From: an uncultured Gemmatimonadaceae bacterium
GTDB lineage: Bacteria; Gemmatimonadota; Gemmatimonadetes; Gemmatimonadales; Gemmatimonadaceae
Assembly: GCA_963829055.1 (NCBI GenBank)
Contig: CAWHHI010000020.1
Coordinates: 256,001 to 320,000 of the forward strand
Direction: 5' to 3'
Length of the DNA: 64,000 bases
Part shown: in pieces, positions 45,150 to 56,219 of the stretch
How the letters are laid out: each line of letters begins with the position of its first letter
How positions within the stretch are numbered: the stretch's first letter is position 1
Position numbers and translations under genes: made by a program
The notes under the pieces: generated by a model
Seen by the model: only the letters and a program-made list of their open reading frames with translations
The model's database searches: none
What the model was told of the DNA's origin: nothing

Positions 45150-46930
45150 ATGCCGACATACAAGGCTCCGCTCGCCGATATCCGGTTCGTTCTCGACGAC
45201 CTCCTCGATGTCGGGCAACTTACCGCGCTGCCCGGCTACGCCGACGCGACTCCCGACCTGCTCGCGACCGTGCTCGAGGAAGCCGCCAAGCTGTGCGAGG
45301 AAGTGCTCGCCCCGCTCAACCAGTCCGGCGACGCCGAAGGGTGTCACTACGAGAACGGGGTCGTCCGTACTCCGCGTGGTTTCCGCGAGGGGTACGACGC
45401 CTACCGCGAGGGCGGGTGGCCGGCCATGGTCGCGCCGCCAGAGTTCGGGGGACAGGGGTTGCCCCACATTGCGGGCGTGGTGCTCGACGAGATGCTCTGC
45501 TCGGCGAACCTCTCGTTCAGCATGTATCCCCTGCTCGCGCACGGCAGCGTCGGCGCGCTCGAGCGCTGGGGCGACGAGGAGCTCAAGCGTCGATTTCTGC
45601 CGAGGCTCGTGGACGGCTCGTGGACCGGCACCATGTGCCTCACGGAGCCGCACGCCGGCACCGACCTCGGATTGATTCGGACGCGCGCCGTGCCCGCGGG
45701 CGACGGCGCGTACCTCGTGACCGGCACGAAGATCTTCATCTCGGCCGGGGAGCACGATCTCACGGACAACATCGTCCACCTCGTGCTCGCGCGACTCCCC
45801 GACGCGCCGCCGGGCACCAAGGGCATCAGCCTGTTCGTGGTGCCAAAGCGCCTGCCGACGGACGAGGGACTGCGCCGGATCGCCGAACGGCGTCGTCTGC
45901 GGGTCGATCGAGCACAAGATGGGGATCAAGGCGAACGCGACGTGCGTCATGAACTTCGAGAACGCGCGTGGCTGGCTCGTCGGCGACCCGCACAAGGGCA
46001 TGCGCGCCATGTTCACGATGATGAACGGCGCGCGACTCGGCGTCGGCATGCAGGGGCTCGGCCTGGCCGAGGTGAGCTACCAGAACGCCGTGGCGTACAC
46101 CAGGGAGCGCCTGCAGGGCCGGTCCGCGCACGGCTCGCCAGCACCTAACGCCGATGCCGACCCGATCATCGTGCACCCGGACGTGCGGCGCATGTTGATG
46201 ACGATGAAGGCGTACATCGAGGGCATGCGCGCACTGGCGTACTGGGTCGGCATGCTGATCGACGTCGAGGAGCGTCACGCCGATACCGCCACGCGCGAGG
46301 AAGCGACCGACCTCGTCGCGCTCATGACGCCGGTCATCAAGGCGTTCTGCACCGACGTCGGCTTCGAGATCACGAACCTCGCGCTCCAGTGCTTCGGCGG
46401 TCACGGCTACATCCGCGAGTACGGCATGGAGCAGTTCGTGCGCGACGCGCGGATCGCGCAGATCTACGAAGGCACGAATGGCGTGCAGGCGATGGACCTG
46501 CTCGGCCGCAAAGTGCCTGACGGCAACGGCCGCCTCGTGCAGCGGTTCGTCGCGCTGGCCGAGCGAGATCTGGCCGAGGCGGCGAAAGCAGCCTGCGCTC
46601 CGCGCGATGGCGGAGCGCGTGCGCGACGCGCTGCACGCGCTGCTCCAGGTTACCGGAACGGTGATGGCGCGCGCGGCCAGGGATCCGGACGAGATCGGCG
46701 CCGCCGCGACCGACTACCTGCGCATGTTCGGCCTGGTCGCGACCGGATGGATGTGGGTGCGCATGGCGGCGACGGCGATCGCGAAGGCCGGCGAGGGCGC
46801 GACCTCACTGCCCAAGGTCGACACGGCGAACTTCTACGTCATGAAGCTGCTGCCGCAGACGCACGCGCTCGCCGCGCAGATCGAGGCCGGCGCGCCGCCC
46901 GTCATGGCACTCGACGCGTCGGCATTCTAG
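45150..46930 (+). CDS. Acyl-CoA dehydrogenase (long DmdC/FadE5-like type), frameshifts near 45880 and 46600
   Basis: MPTYKAPL, GTMCLTEPHAGTDLG, EHKMGIKAN, MNGARLGVG, GGHGYIRE, IYEGTNGVQA. Confidence 0.93.
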
Positions 46931-46931
46931 T

Positions 46932-47024
46932 CGTCATTCCGAGCGAGCGAGAGCGAGTCGAGGAATCGCGATTGTCCCGATAGAGGGGCCCCTCTGCCCG
47001 TGATGATCGCGATTCCTCGACTGC
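46932..47024. repeat. Family C element, right arm truncated
   Basis: CGTCATTCCGAGCG..GAGGAATCGCGAT..ATCGCGATTCCTCGAC directly after the stop codon. Confidence 0.8.
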
Positions 47025-47089
47025 CGGCCCTGTCGGGCGTACTCCGCCAGTCCTTCGGAGCGGCCGAATCGCGCTCGGCCACGAGTGAC

Positions 47090-47351
47090 TGACGCCGCTC
47101 GCAATTGCCTGAGACGTGATGGTCGGCAGTGGCGGTAGCCGTAGCACTCGCGCCCAGTCCTTCCGCGGTGGAGCGGCCCGAAGAACGGGTGCTCCGGCGC
47201 GAGCGGAGCGCCATGCGCGCCGCATCAATGAGATGGGCAACCATCGCGTGCGCCGTGAAGCGCCCCACCGCGGAGCCGCGGCCGGATCGAGCCGCGAGAA
47301 GCGAGTGAGGATCTCCCGTCGTGCGTCTGCGTCCCACATGGATTGCGTCAT
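47090..47351 (-). pseudogene. DUF1569/DinB-like gene remnant
   Basis: MTQSMWDADARREIL..PRWG, AHAMVAHLIDAARMAL joined directly to PEHPFFGPL..KDW..YRH..DHH..LRQ, with several indels. Confidence 0.55.
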
Positions 47352-47502
47352 CGCCAAACGATTCGAGTATGCACAGCGACTCGACTACTTCGACAATGTA
47401 GCAATCCCGTCGGCTGCACATGGCGAGCTTTTCGCAGGGACGACGATGCTCGCACGACTGCCCTTCACTCCGCTCAACTGAAAGGACGTACAGGTATCGT
47501 TC

Positions 47503-48030
47503 ATGATCGCTCGCACTCCACTCACCGGGAACGCCGACCCATCGCCGACGGGCCCGCTCGGCCCAGGCACTGTCGCGCCCGACTTCTCGCTGCCCAGCGG
47601 TCCGAATTCGACCCTGCAGCTGTCCACGCTGCGCGGGCGTCCGGTCATACTCGTGTTCTATCCCGCCGACTGGAGCCCCGTCTGCGGTGACGAGCTCGCG
47701 CTCTTCAATGAATTGCTGGACGAGTTTCGACGGTACGACGCCGAGCTGCTCGGCATTTCCGTCGACGGTATCTGGTGTCACCAGGCGTACCGCGACGCGC
47801 GGCATTTCGCCTTTCCGCTGCTCGCGGACTTCGAACCGAAGGGCGCGGTCGCCCGGGCGTACGGCGTGTATCGCGATCAGGACGGGACGGCCGAGCGCGC
47901 GCTGTTCGTGCTCGACACGGGCGGCGTGATCCGGTGGAGCTACGTGTCGCCAGTCGGCGTCAATCCCGGAGCGGACGGCATTCTCTCCGCGCTCGAGGCG
48001 CTGCCGGCGCCGACGGGGGCATCGCAATGA
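47503..48030 (+). CDS. Peroxiredoxin-like redoxin (AhpC/TSA, AhpE-like)
   Basis: APDFSL, FYPADWSPVC, GISVD, LLADFEPKGAVARAYGV, ERALFVLD. Confidence 0.9.
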   Translation: MIARTPLTGNADPSPTGPLGPGTVAPDFSLPSGPNSTLQLSTLRGRPVILVFYPADWSPVCGDELALFNELLDEFRRYDAELLGISVDGIWCHQAYRDARHFAFPLLADFEPKGAVARAYGVYRDQDGTAERALFVLDTGGVIRWSYVSPVGVNPGADGILSALEALPAPTGASQ

Positions 48031-48566
48031 GAGAGCGCGTGATCGAGATCCGGCCCGACGATCACGTTTCCGGATCGCCTAACGCGCCAGTCACGCTCGT
48101 CGAGTATGGTGACTACGAATGCCCGCACTGCGGCGCCGCGTTTCCGATCGTCGAGAACATCCGCCGGCGGCTCGGCGATCGCCTCCAGTTCGTGTACCGC
48201 CACTTCCCGCTGACGCAGTCGCACCCGCATGCGGAGCACGCGGCCGAGATCGCGGAGGCGGCCGGCGAGCGTGGAGCGTTCTGGGCCATGCACGAGACGC
48301 TGTTCGCGAACCAGAGTGCGCTCGACGACGTGAGCCTCGTCGCGTATGCCCAGAGTGTCGGCGTGGACCCGCAGTGGGCCGCGGAGGCGCTGGCGGCCGG
48401 CACGTTCGCGCCGCGCGTCCGCGAACAGTTCATGAGTGGCGTGCGCAACGGAGTGAACGGGACACCGACGTTCTTCATCAACGGCAGGCGCTTCGACTAC
48501 TCGCTGAACGAGCGCGTGCTGCTGGCGACGCTCGAGGATGCGGCGCTCGCGAACAGCTCGAGCTGA
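48027..48566 (+). CDS. DsbA-family thioredoxin-fold protein
   Basis: VEYGDYECPHC, YRHFPL, GVNGTPTFFING. Confidence 0.9.
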   Translation: MRERVIEIRPDDHVSGSPNAPVTLVEYGDYECPHCGAAFPIVENIRRRLGDRLQFVYRHFPLTQSHPHAEHAAEIAEAAGERGAFWAMHETLFANQSALDDVSLVAYAQSVGVDPQWAAEALAAGTFAPRVREQFMSGVRNGVNGTPTFFINGRRFDYSLNERVLLATLEDAALANSSS

Positions 48567-48627
48567 CCGGCCCGACCGACTGCCCGAATGGCTGCTCCAG
48601 ATTCATCACTACCAGCAGGAGACTCAC

Positions 48628-48963
48628 ATGTCAGAGACGAAGCGCATCGCCACCGACCAGCTCACACGATACTTCGACGCCTTCAGCAAGCGGTTTCTGA
48701 TGGGCGACGCGAAGAAATCCGCAGATGTGGAGATTCTCGGTGACGTGGGAGATCAGCCTGTCGCGAGCGGCGTGAGGCTGCTCGGTGTGGACTACGACCC
48801 ACACACGAACGCGCTCGAGCTGGAGCTCGAGTCGGGAGACCATCGCGCATACAATCCGCGCGAAGTGTGGGCCGTGGAGGAGGCGGACGGATTCATCAGC
48901 TCACTGCAGGTCGTTCGGGATGACGGTCAGCGCGAGATCGTCAACATCCGGCGTGGCACGTAG
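48628..48963 (+). CDS. DUF5335-like protein
   Basis: RBS CAGGAG; YFDAFSK..VEILGDVGDQ..LLGVDYDP. Confidence 0.7.
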   Translation: MSETKRIATDQLTRYFDAFSKRFLMGDAKKSADVEILGDVGDQPVASGVRLLGVDYDPHTNALELELESGDHRAYNPREVWAVEEADGFISSLQVVRDDGQREIVNIRRGT

Positions 48964-49104
48964 GCCACGCGAGAAGGCACGCGAAGTGGCAGAAGGCTGC
49001 CGAATTGCTCGGGCCTGACACTGATAAATCGTGCTTTGTCCGGCCGAGCCAGCTTCGGCGGCCCCGCAAATGCGCTCTATGGGGTTTCCTCGTTAGGGAG
49101 TGTC

Positions 49105-49374
49105 ATGGTCTCGTCGTCCCAGCTCGAAGGATCGCCGCTGCTGGCGCTGCAGCCGTATCCGAATCGTCCGCCGCCGTCACCCGATGGTCCCTGCGAGCGT
49201 CGATACGTCGACGACAGGGGCACCGCGTGGTGCGTGCATGAGCTCATCCGCGACGACGGCCCGCCGTCACTGTATTTCGAGTGCTCTGCGTCGTTCCGCC
49301 GAGTCAAGCACTACCCTGCCAACTGGCGTGAGATCGGGCCGGCGCAACTCGAGGCTCTGAGTCACAGTACCTGA
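49105..49374 (+). CDS. Small hypothetical protein
   Basis: RBS GGGAG; RRYVDDRGTAWCVHE..SLYFE..RRVKHYPANW..LEALS. Confidence 0.55.
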   Translation: MVSSSQLEGSPLLALQPYPNRPPPSPDGPCERRYVDDRGTAWCVHELIRDDGPPSLYFECSASFRRVKHYPANWREIGPAQLEALSHST

Positions 49375-49591
49375 CCGTCACTGCTCGCGACGCTGGTTGC
49401 CGAGTCTCGCCTGCTCCGCGACTGCTGCCGCGACATCGCGTGGGGCGACGCGCAACGCCTCACTGCACCGTGGCCATTCCGTTGCTTTAGCGCGGCAGGA
49501 CGTCGCATGCACCCGCGCGCGTACCCGGCCGTCCTTGCGCGTGCGCACGGTGTGGAACACTATCAACTTTGCGGTTGTGCTCGGGAGACTT

Positions 49592-52500
49592 GTGGCCAAT
49601 GGAAAGCGCACGCCTGCAGTGGCCAAACGCGCGTCCAAGGCCGCGAGCCGGAACAGCACGCATTCTGACACCACGCCCCCGATAGTCCGCGGGCCAACGG
49701 TCGTCGGCATTGGCGCGTCCGCCGGTGGCCTCGAGGCATTCACTCGCCTCATCAGCCGCCTCCCCGCGGAAACCGGGTTGGCGTACGTGCTGGTGCAACA
49801 CCTCGACCCCGCCCACGAAAGCCTGCTGGCCGAGCTGCTCGCACGCACGGCGTCTGTGCCGGTGGTCGAGGCACGGGACGGCATGAAGCTCGAGCGCGAC
49901 CACGCGTACGTCATTCCGCCGAACGCCACGATGACCCTCAGGGACGGGCATCTTCGGCTCGTCCGGAGGAACCAAACGCAGGGACTGCACCTGCCGATCG
50001 ATGCGTTCCTCTGCTCGCTCGCGGATGCGCACGGCAGTGAGGCCGTTGGCGTGATCCTGTCGGGTACCGGATCCGATGGATCGCGCGGCATCGAAGCCAT
50101 CAAGGCCGAGGGCGGAATCACGATCGCGCAGGACCCAGCCTCGGCGCGTTTTGCGAGCATGCCGCAGAGCGCGGTGGCGAGCGGTTATGTCGATTTCGTA
50201 CTGACGACCGAAGGCATCGCCGACCGGCTCGCGGAGCTCGGGCGCCACCTCGCCGAATTGCCGCCGGCGCGAGACACCAACGCCGAGCCATCGGCCGAGG
50301 AGCTGGAGGAAGTGAACCAGATCCTCGTGGCGCTCAAGGCTCGGACGAAGGTCGACTTCAGGGGGTACCGCCGCGGAACCATTCAACGCCGCATCCTCCG
50401 GCGAATGCTTCTCCACCGGCAGGACTCGCACAGGGACTATCTAGCCCACCTGCGAGAGAACCCCGACGAGCTCGACGCACTCTACGAGGATTTGCTCATT
50501 GGGGTGACGAGCTTCTTCCGGGATTCCGACGCGTTCGATGTGCTGCAGCGCGATGGCTTCCCCGCGATGATGGCGGCGCACCCGCCGGAGAAGCCGGTTC
50601 GGGTGTGGGTCGCGGGATGCTCGGGCGGCGAGGAGGCGTACTCGATCGCGATCGCGCTCCTCGAGTTTCTCGGCGACAAGGCTGGCGAGACCCCGATCCA
50701 GATCTTCGCGACGGATCTGAGCGAGGTCGCGATCGCCAGAGCGCGAACGGGGCGCTACCCTGATGGAATTGCCGCGGTGATCTCGCCGGAACGGTTGGAG
50801 CGATTCTTCGTCAAGGAGGACAGCGGCTACCGGATCCTCAAGGCGGTGCGCGACCTGTGCGTGTTCTCGCGCCAGGACCTCGTACGCGATCCGCCGTTCT
50901 CGCATCTCGATCTGATCACGTGCCGCAACGTGCTCATCTACCTGGAGCCGGTGCTACAGCAGCGCGTGTTCCCGATCTTCCACTATGCGCTGGAACCGAA
51001 CGGCCTGTTGTTGTTAGGCAGCGCGGAATCGGTGACCGCCGCGTCGGAGCTGTTCACGGTAGTCGATAAACGCCACCGGATCTTCTCCCGCCGCCCGACC
51101 GCTGCCCGCCCCCTCGATCTCGATCTGTCGGTCGGAGAACCGCACGTCACGTCCCGCCGTGTGATGCGCAGGCCGTTCGCGATCGCGCCGTCCATCGACG
51201 AGGTTCAGGCCGAGGCGGACCGCGTCCTGATTGCGCGTTATGCGCCGGGCGGCGTAGTGGTGAACGACCAGCTCGACATTCTGCAATTCCGCGGGCGCAC
51301 CAGCGGATTTCTCGAGCATCCCTCGGGAGTGGCGAACCTCAAGTTGCTCGAGCTCGTGCTCCCCGAGCTCGTCGCGCCGCTGCGTCTCGCGATCCAGACT
51401 GCGCGCGCGAGCGACCAGAAGGTCTCCACGTCCGGCATCGTGCTTGGCAGTGGCAAGACCGGTCGCCTGGCGACTATCGAGGTGCTTCCGTTCGCGGCAC
51501 CATCCTCGGGAGAACGGTATTTCGTCGTCATGATCCAGGAGACGCCCCTCGCCGCGTCGCCTGCCACGGTGGTAGTCGCGGATGTCAAGCGTGCACCTGG
51601 ATCGCGACGCCAGATGGGGCAGATCAAGGACCTCCGCGAAGAGCTCGCGGCGCTCAAGGTGTACGTGCAGGGCGTCATCGAGGACAGCGAAGCGGCAAGT
51701 GAGGAGCTGCGTGCGGCGAACGAAGAGGCGCAGTCGAGCAACGAGGAGTTTCAGAGCGCGAACGAGGAGCTGGAGACCACGAAGGAAGAGATCCAGTCTA
51801 CGAACGAAGAGCTGGAGACCGTCAACGAGGAGCTACGCCACCGGAACCGCGAGCTGAGCGACCTCTCGAGCGACCTGGCGAACGTGCTCGCCGGGATCGC
51901 GATCCCGATCGTCATCGTGGGAAGCAACCTGCGCCTGCGGCGGTTCACGCCGGCCACCGAGCGCGTCATGCGCGTGATCCCGACAGACGCCGGGCGCCCG
52001 CTCGATGATGTGAAGCTTCGCGTGAACATTCCCGACCTGTCGCAGCGCATCATGAAGACGATCGAAACCCTCATCGTCTCCGAGCAGGAGGTGCAGGATG
52101 ACGATGGCCACTGGTGGTCGCTGACGATTCGTCCGTACGAAACCGTGGATCGTAAGGTAGAGGGCGCGGTACTGGTCTTCGCGGATGTGGACGCGAGCAA
52201 ACAGTACCGGGGACGGATCGAAGAAGTGTCGGAGTCACGCCGGCAGTTGCTCGTCACGTCGGAGGTGGCGCGAGCGGAGGCCGACACGGCGATGAAGTCT
52301 GCAGAAGTAGCGAACCGCGCGAAGAGCGGGTTTCTGGCGAACATGAGTCATGACCTGCGCACGCCGCTCAACGCCATCGCTGGCTACGCCGAACTGATGG
52401 AGCTGGGCATCCGCGGACCGGTCACGGAGGAACAACGGATCGACCTCGCTCGCATCAGACGCAGCACGCGTCATCTGCTTTCGCTTATCAACGATATCCT

Positions 52501-53026
52501 GAACTTCGCGAAGCTCGACCACGGTCGCCTCGACTTCCTGATTATCGACGTCCCACTCGACGGGATCGTCGCGGAGCTCCAGGAGATGATCGCGCCGCAG
52601 TTTCGCGCGAAATCCATCACGCTCGACTGCGCCGGCTGCTCCGGCATCGCGCGGGCGGATCCCGAGCGCCTCCGTCAGATCCTGCTGAACCTGTTGACGA
52701 ACGCGCTCAAGTTCACACCGCCTCGTGGGCGGGTGCGCATTGCGACGTCGGAATCCAGCGATCGAGTCACGATCGATGTCATCGACACCGGCGTGGGCAT
52801 TCGCGCGGGGATGCTCGAAGGCATCTTTGAGCCGTTCGTGCAGGTCGACCGCAGCATGACCAGCGGCAGCTCGGATGGCGTCGGACTCGGCCTCGCGATC
52901 AGTCGCGACCTCGCGCGCCGGATGGACGCGGAGCTCACCGTAGAGAGCACGGTTGGCGAGGGGTCGCGATTCTCCCTCACGATGCCTCGCGGCGCGGACC
53001 TGCCCGGCGCACCGCCGATCGCCTAG
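49592..53026 (+). CDS. CheB-CheR-PAS-coiled coil-histidine kinase fusion
   Basis: GASAGGLEA, VQHL, LSGTGSDG (CheB); RVWVAGCSGGEEAYS, CRNVLIY (CheR); SHDLRTPL, NALKFT, GVGLGL; GTG start after GGGAG. Confidence 0.93.
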   Translation: MANGKRTPAVAKRASKAASRNSTHSDTTPPIVRGPTVVGIGASAGGLEAFTRLISRLPAETGLAYVLVQHLDPAHESLLAELLARTASVPVVEARDGMKLERDHAYVIPPNATMTLRDGHLRLVRRNQTQGLHLPIDAFLCSLADAHGSEAVGVILSGTGSDGSRGIEAIKAEGGITIAQDPASARFASMPQSAVASGYVDFVLTTEGIADRLAELGRHLAELPPARDTNAEPSAEELEEVNQILVALKARTKVDFRGYRRGTIQRRILRRMLLHRQDSHRDYLAHLRENPDELDALYEDLLIGVTSFFRDSDAFDVLQRDGFPAMMAAHPPEKPVRVWVAGCSGGEEAYSIAIALLEFLGDKAGETPIQIFATDLSEVAIARARTGRYPDGIAAVISPERLERFFVKEDSGYRILKAVRDLCVFSRQDLVRDPPFSHLDLITCRNVLIYLEPVLQQRVFPIFHYALEPNGLLLLGSAESVTAASELFTVVDKRHRIFSRRPTAARPLDLDLSVGEPHVTSRRVMRRPFAIAPSIDEVQAEADRVLIARYAPGGVVVNDQLDILQFRGRTSGFLEHPSGVANLKLLELVLPELVAPLRLAIQTARASDQKVSTSGIVLGSGKTGRLATIEVLPFAAPSSGERYFVVMIQETPLAASPATVVVADVKRAPGSRRQMGQIKDLREELAALKVYVQGVIEDSEAASEELRAANEEAQSSNEEFQSANEELETTKEEIQSTNEELETVNEELRHRNRELSDLSSDLANVLAGIAIPIVIVGSNLRLRRFTPATERVMRVIPTDAGRPLDDVKLRVNIPDLSQRIMKTIETLIVSEQEVQDDDGHWWSLTIRPYETVDRKVEGAVLVFADVDASKQYRGRIEEVSESRRQLLVTSEVARAEADTAMKSAEVANRAKSGFLANMSHDLRTPLNAIAGYAELMELGIRGPVTEEQRIDLARIRRSTRHLLSLINDILNFAKLDHGRLDFLIIDVPLDGIVAELQEMIAPQFRAKSITLDCAGCSGIARADPERLRQILLNLLTNALKFTPPRGRVRIATSESSDRVTIDVIDTGVGIRAGMLEGIFEPFVQVDRSMTSGSSDGVGLGLAISRDLARRMDAELTVESTVGEGSRFSLTMPRGADLPGAPPIA

Positions 53027-55279
53027 TGCGGACCCGGCGATCCCTCCGAGCGCTGCCTGCCTCGCAGAATATCCAGGCGGAGCTCCGTCCACCCGCGGAG
53101 TTGATAGTACTCCACGCGGATCTCGTGGCGGCCGGCGCCTAACGCGGCAGCGTCCACCTTCGACTCGTGCGGCGCCCAGCTGTCGATCGCGAGGCGGCCA
53201 TCGACCCACACGCGCACGCCGTCATCGCTGATGGTTCGTAGCGTGTACTCACCGGGTCCGAGGGTGACAGCGCCCGTTGCGCTGATGGCAAAGCGCTCTT
53301 GCGGCAGGCCGGCAATGGTCGGCCGATACCACACGTAATCGAGCCGCGACGGTCGTTGTGACAGTGTGGGCTGGCCGCGCAACAGTGTCGCGAAGGCATC
53401 GGCGTTGGCTGGCGGGTCGCTCGTGCTGTCGCGCCACGTGAAGAACCGAACGTTCCACGCTATGGGTGGCTCGAAGCGTCGATACGAGAAGCGCGTCGGA
53501 CTCTGATCGCGCGTGTTCGACCCACGGCGATACTCGAGCGTGAGCGCCCAATCGTGTTCATTCCCCTTCGTGGGCGTGACGATGATGCTGTCAGTCCCGA
53601 TATCACCCACGCGCCCGCTGTCGTGAGACACGCGCGCGATCCCACGCCGTTCGACGACCCGCCAACGACCTGCCGGCCCGAGGACGCGCAACGTCAGGGG
53701 ATTGACGCGCGAGCTATCGGCGGGCCAGAGCAATGGAGCTCTCCAGTCGTACGGCCCCCACTCGGTGACGATGATGGCGGAGCGCGCGCGTCGCGCCAGC
53801 GAGTCAGTGCCGGGCTCGAGGCCACCTGACATCTTCGGAGGCGCGAGCCGCGAGAACTCTGGCGGGAGCGCCGGCAGGTCTACGATCTCTCCCGCGCGCT
53901 GGGCCGCACGCCCGGACTCGCGCGTGGTGTCGGCCATGCCGCGCTCGTCGGCAACAATCCACCGCGACGTGTCGGCGAGCACGTAGATCGAGTCGGCGCG
54001 CACCACCCGATTCCCCGTTAGGCGCGTGCCTTCTGTCGCCGAGGCGCGCACGGCGACCCGCGGACCGTTGAAGATGTTCTCGCGTGAGCCGATAGTCTCG
54101 GCTCCGCGTATCACGGTGCTTCGGGTATCCCCAGTCCGACGGCTCGATGGGGTTCGCCCAGAGGTAGACGGCGGTGGAATCTTCGGTGAACCGGTTGTAC
54201 GAGATGTCGTTGTTCTGCCCGTGCTCGATCGCGATCCCGACGCGGTTTCGCCGGAAGTCGTTGCCGATGATTTTCGAGTCGTAGCTGTAGCCGCCCCACA
54301 AGCCGTGATCGGAGCCCTCGATCAGGTTGTTGATGAACGTGTTACGGCTGAACGTCGCTTCCATGCCGTTCGTGGGCGCGAAACTGAAATCGTTCCCGTA
54401 GAACAGATTGTCGTTCGCGCCGCCCTCGCCGGTGTCCATGGTGCTCTGGCCGGCCCAGAGGAAGAGGCCATCGCCGCTGTGCGTCATGGAGTTGTACGCG
54501 ACGACGTTGCGGCAGCTCTGCTCGTAGACGAGCAAGGCGGCCGAGTCCTGGCCGCGCCGGTAGAAGCCGTGGCTGTAGCCGCGCACGTTGTAGTCGGCGT
54601 GGTTGTGCGCGATGAGGTTGTCGCTCGACCGATAGAGACCGAACCCGATTCCGGAGTTGAACGAGACGACGTTGTTCCAGAGACGGAGGCTGTCGCTGCG
54701 CACGAGCAGGAAGCCGTTCATGCCGTGCTCCGCGCGATTGCCGCGAATCTCGCCGCCGCGCACGTCCACGAGATACGCGGCGGCGCCGAAGCGCAGCCAC
54801 TCGTCCTTCTCGTTATGGTGGAACGAGAGCCAGTCGGCGATGCTCTCGTGCTCGATGAGGCTGAACAACCGTGGTTTCCAGTTGTCGCCCAGGTCGTTGT
54901 CGGTCAGCGTGAGGTTGCGCGTGCCGCGCGCGAGGATGCCGACCTTGTAGCCGCGCACGCGCGCGTGCTGGATGCGCACGTTCGCGCCGCCGTCGACGCG
55001 GATCCCGACGCCGGCGCCCGCGTCGGGGTCGGCGTTAGGCGGCGCGCCGTCGAGCGTCGCGCCCGCGAAGTCGACGGTGATGTCGGTGCCGCGGATGGTG
55101 ACCGCGGCGTCGTCGAGCGCCCTGGGCGCGGACAGCCGATACACCTTGGGCGCGATGCGCACCGACCTCGTGATGACGAGCCCCGGCCGGAGCTCGATGG
55201 TCGGCAGCTGGGCGGCGAGATGCTGGCCGAGCATCGCCCACATCGCGGCGCCGACGACGGCAGCTCTGAGTGATCTCAT
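53023..55279 (-). CDS. Secreted right-handed beta-helix (NosD-like) plus PA14-domain protein, frameshift near 54085
   Basis: Signal peptide; Asn-ladder repeats (NNVVSFNSGIG, DNLFYGNDFS); PA14 GEYTLRTISDDGVRVWVDG..GRHEIRVEYYQ. Confidence 0.82.
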
Positions 55280-55506
55280 GGCGCCAAGCTACGGAATCGC
55301 GTGCGGTTCGGGAGACGGGCTGGCTCCTCAGACGACAAGAGGAACGGATGCAGCGAATCGAACGGATGGACTCCATGGTCGTCCCGAGGAGCCGCCAGAG
55401 CCTGTCCCTGAGGAGCGCAACGTCGAAGGGATGGGACCTGCTGTGCCTCACCCCGACCGACGGGCGCTAAATTGCCCGGCAGCACGCCACGCATCACTGG
55501 AGTCCA

Positions 55507-55876
55507 ATGGCCCCCAACCCGCTCGTCAGACTACGCAAGGTGTGTCTCGCCCTGCCCGAGGCACACGAAGTCGAGGCGTGGGGGGAACCGACGTTTCGCA
55601 TCCGAAACAAGCTGTTCGCCATGTACGCCCACGCCGAGAACCACCATGGCGGCGGACAGGCGGCCGTGTGGTGCAAGGCCGCGCCCGGCAACCAGGCCGC
55701 CATGGTGCAGGCTGACCCCGACCGCTTTTTCGTCCCGCCCTACGTGGGCTCCAGCGGCTGGATCGGCATTCGCCTCGACGCGCAACACCGACTGGAAGGA
55801 GCTGGCCGAGCTCATGCACGACGCCTACCGGCTCGTCGCGCCAAAGCGGTTCCTCGCCGCCCTGGACGCGCGGTGA
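55507..55876 (+). CDS. MmcQ/YjbR-family protein, frameshift near 55785
   Basis: LRKVCLALPEA..WGEPTFRI..KLFA..FFVPPYVG..GWIG; DWKELAELMHDAYRLVAPK. Confidence 0.88.
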
Positions 55877-55991
55877 CGCACGCCGCAAAACGGGCTGCGA
55901 CGCCAGCGCCCGACACTCGTCTATTGAATACGCGCCCGCGCACGCCAATACATATGCGCGTCAACTTCAATTCATTCAGGAGGAGGTTGTT

Positions 55992-56180
55992 GTGGACGAC
56001 AAGCAGCTCGCAAAGCTGATCCGAAAGAACCTCGCGAAAGTCGAGAAAGCCGCGAACGCAAAGCAGAAGCGCACGTACGACCCGACCCTGGCCGCGACCC
56101 GTGGCACCACGAGCGAGGACGGCGATGTGGAAGTGGAGCGCGAGCAGTTCTTCAAGGAGATGAAGCGCCGCGAGTTCTAG
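55992..56180 (+). CDS. Small basic hypothetical protein (62 aa)
   Basis: Strong RBS AGGAGGAGG before GTG; GC3-rich codons. Confidence 0.65.
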   Translation: MDDKQLAKLIRKNLAKVEKAANAKQKRTYDPTLAATRGTTSEDGDVEVEREQFFKEMKRREF

Positions 56181-56219
56181 CCTCCCGGCCGCACCCCGGG
56201 CCGAACCCTCACGTTCCGG

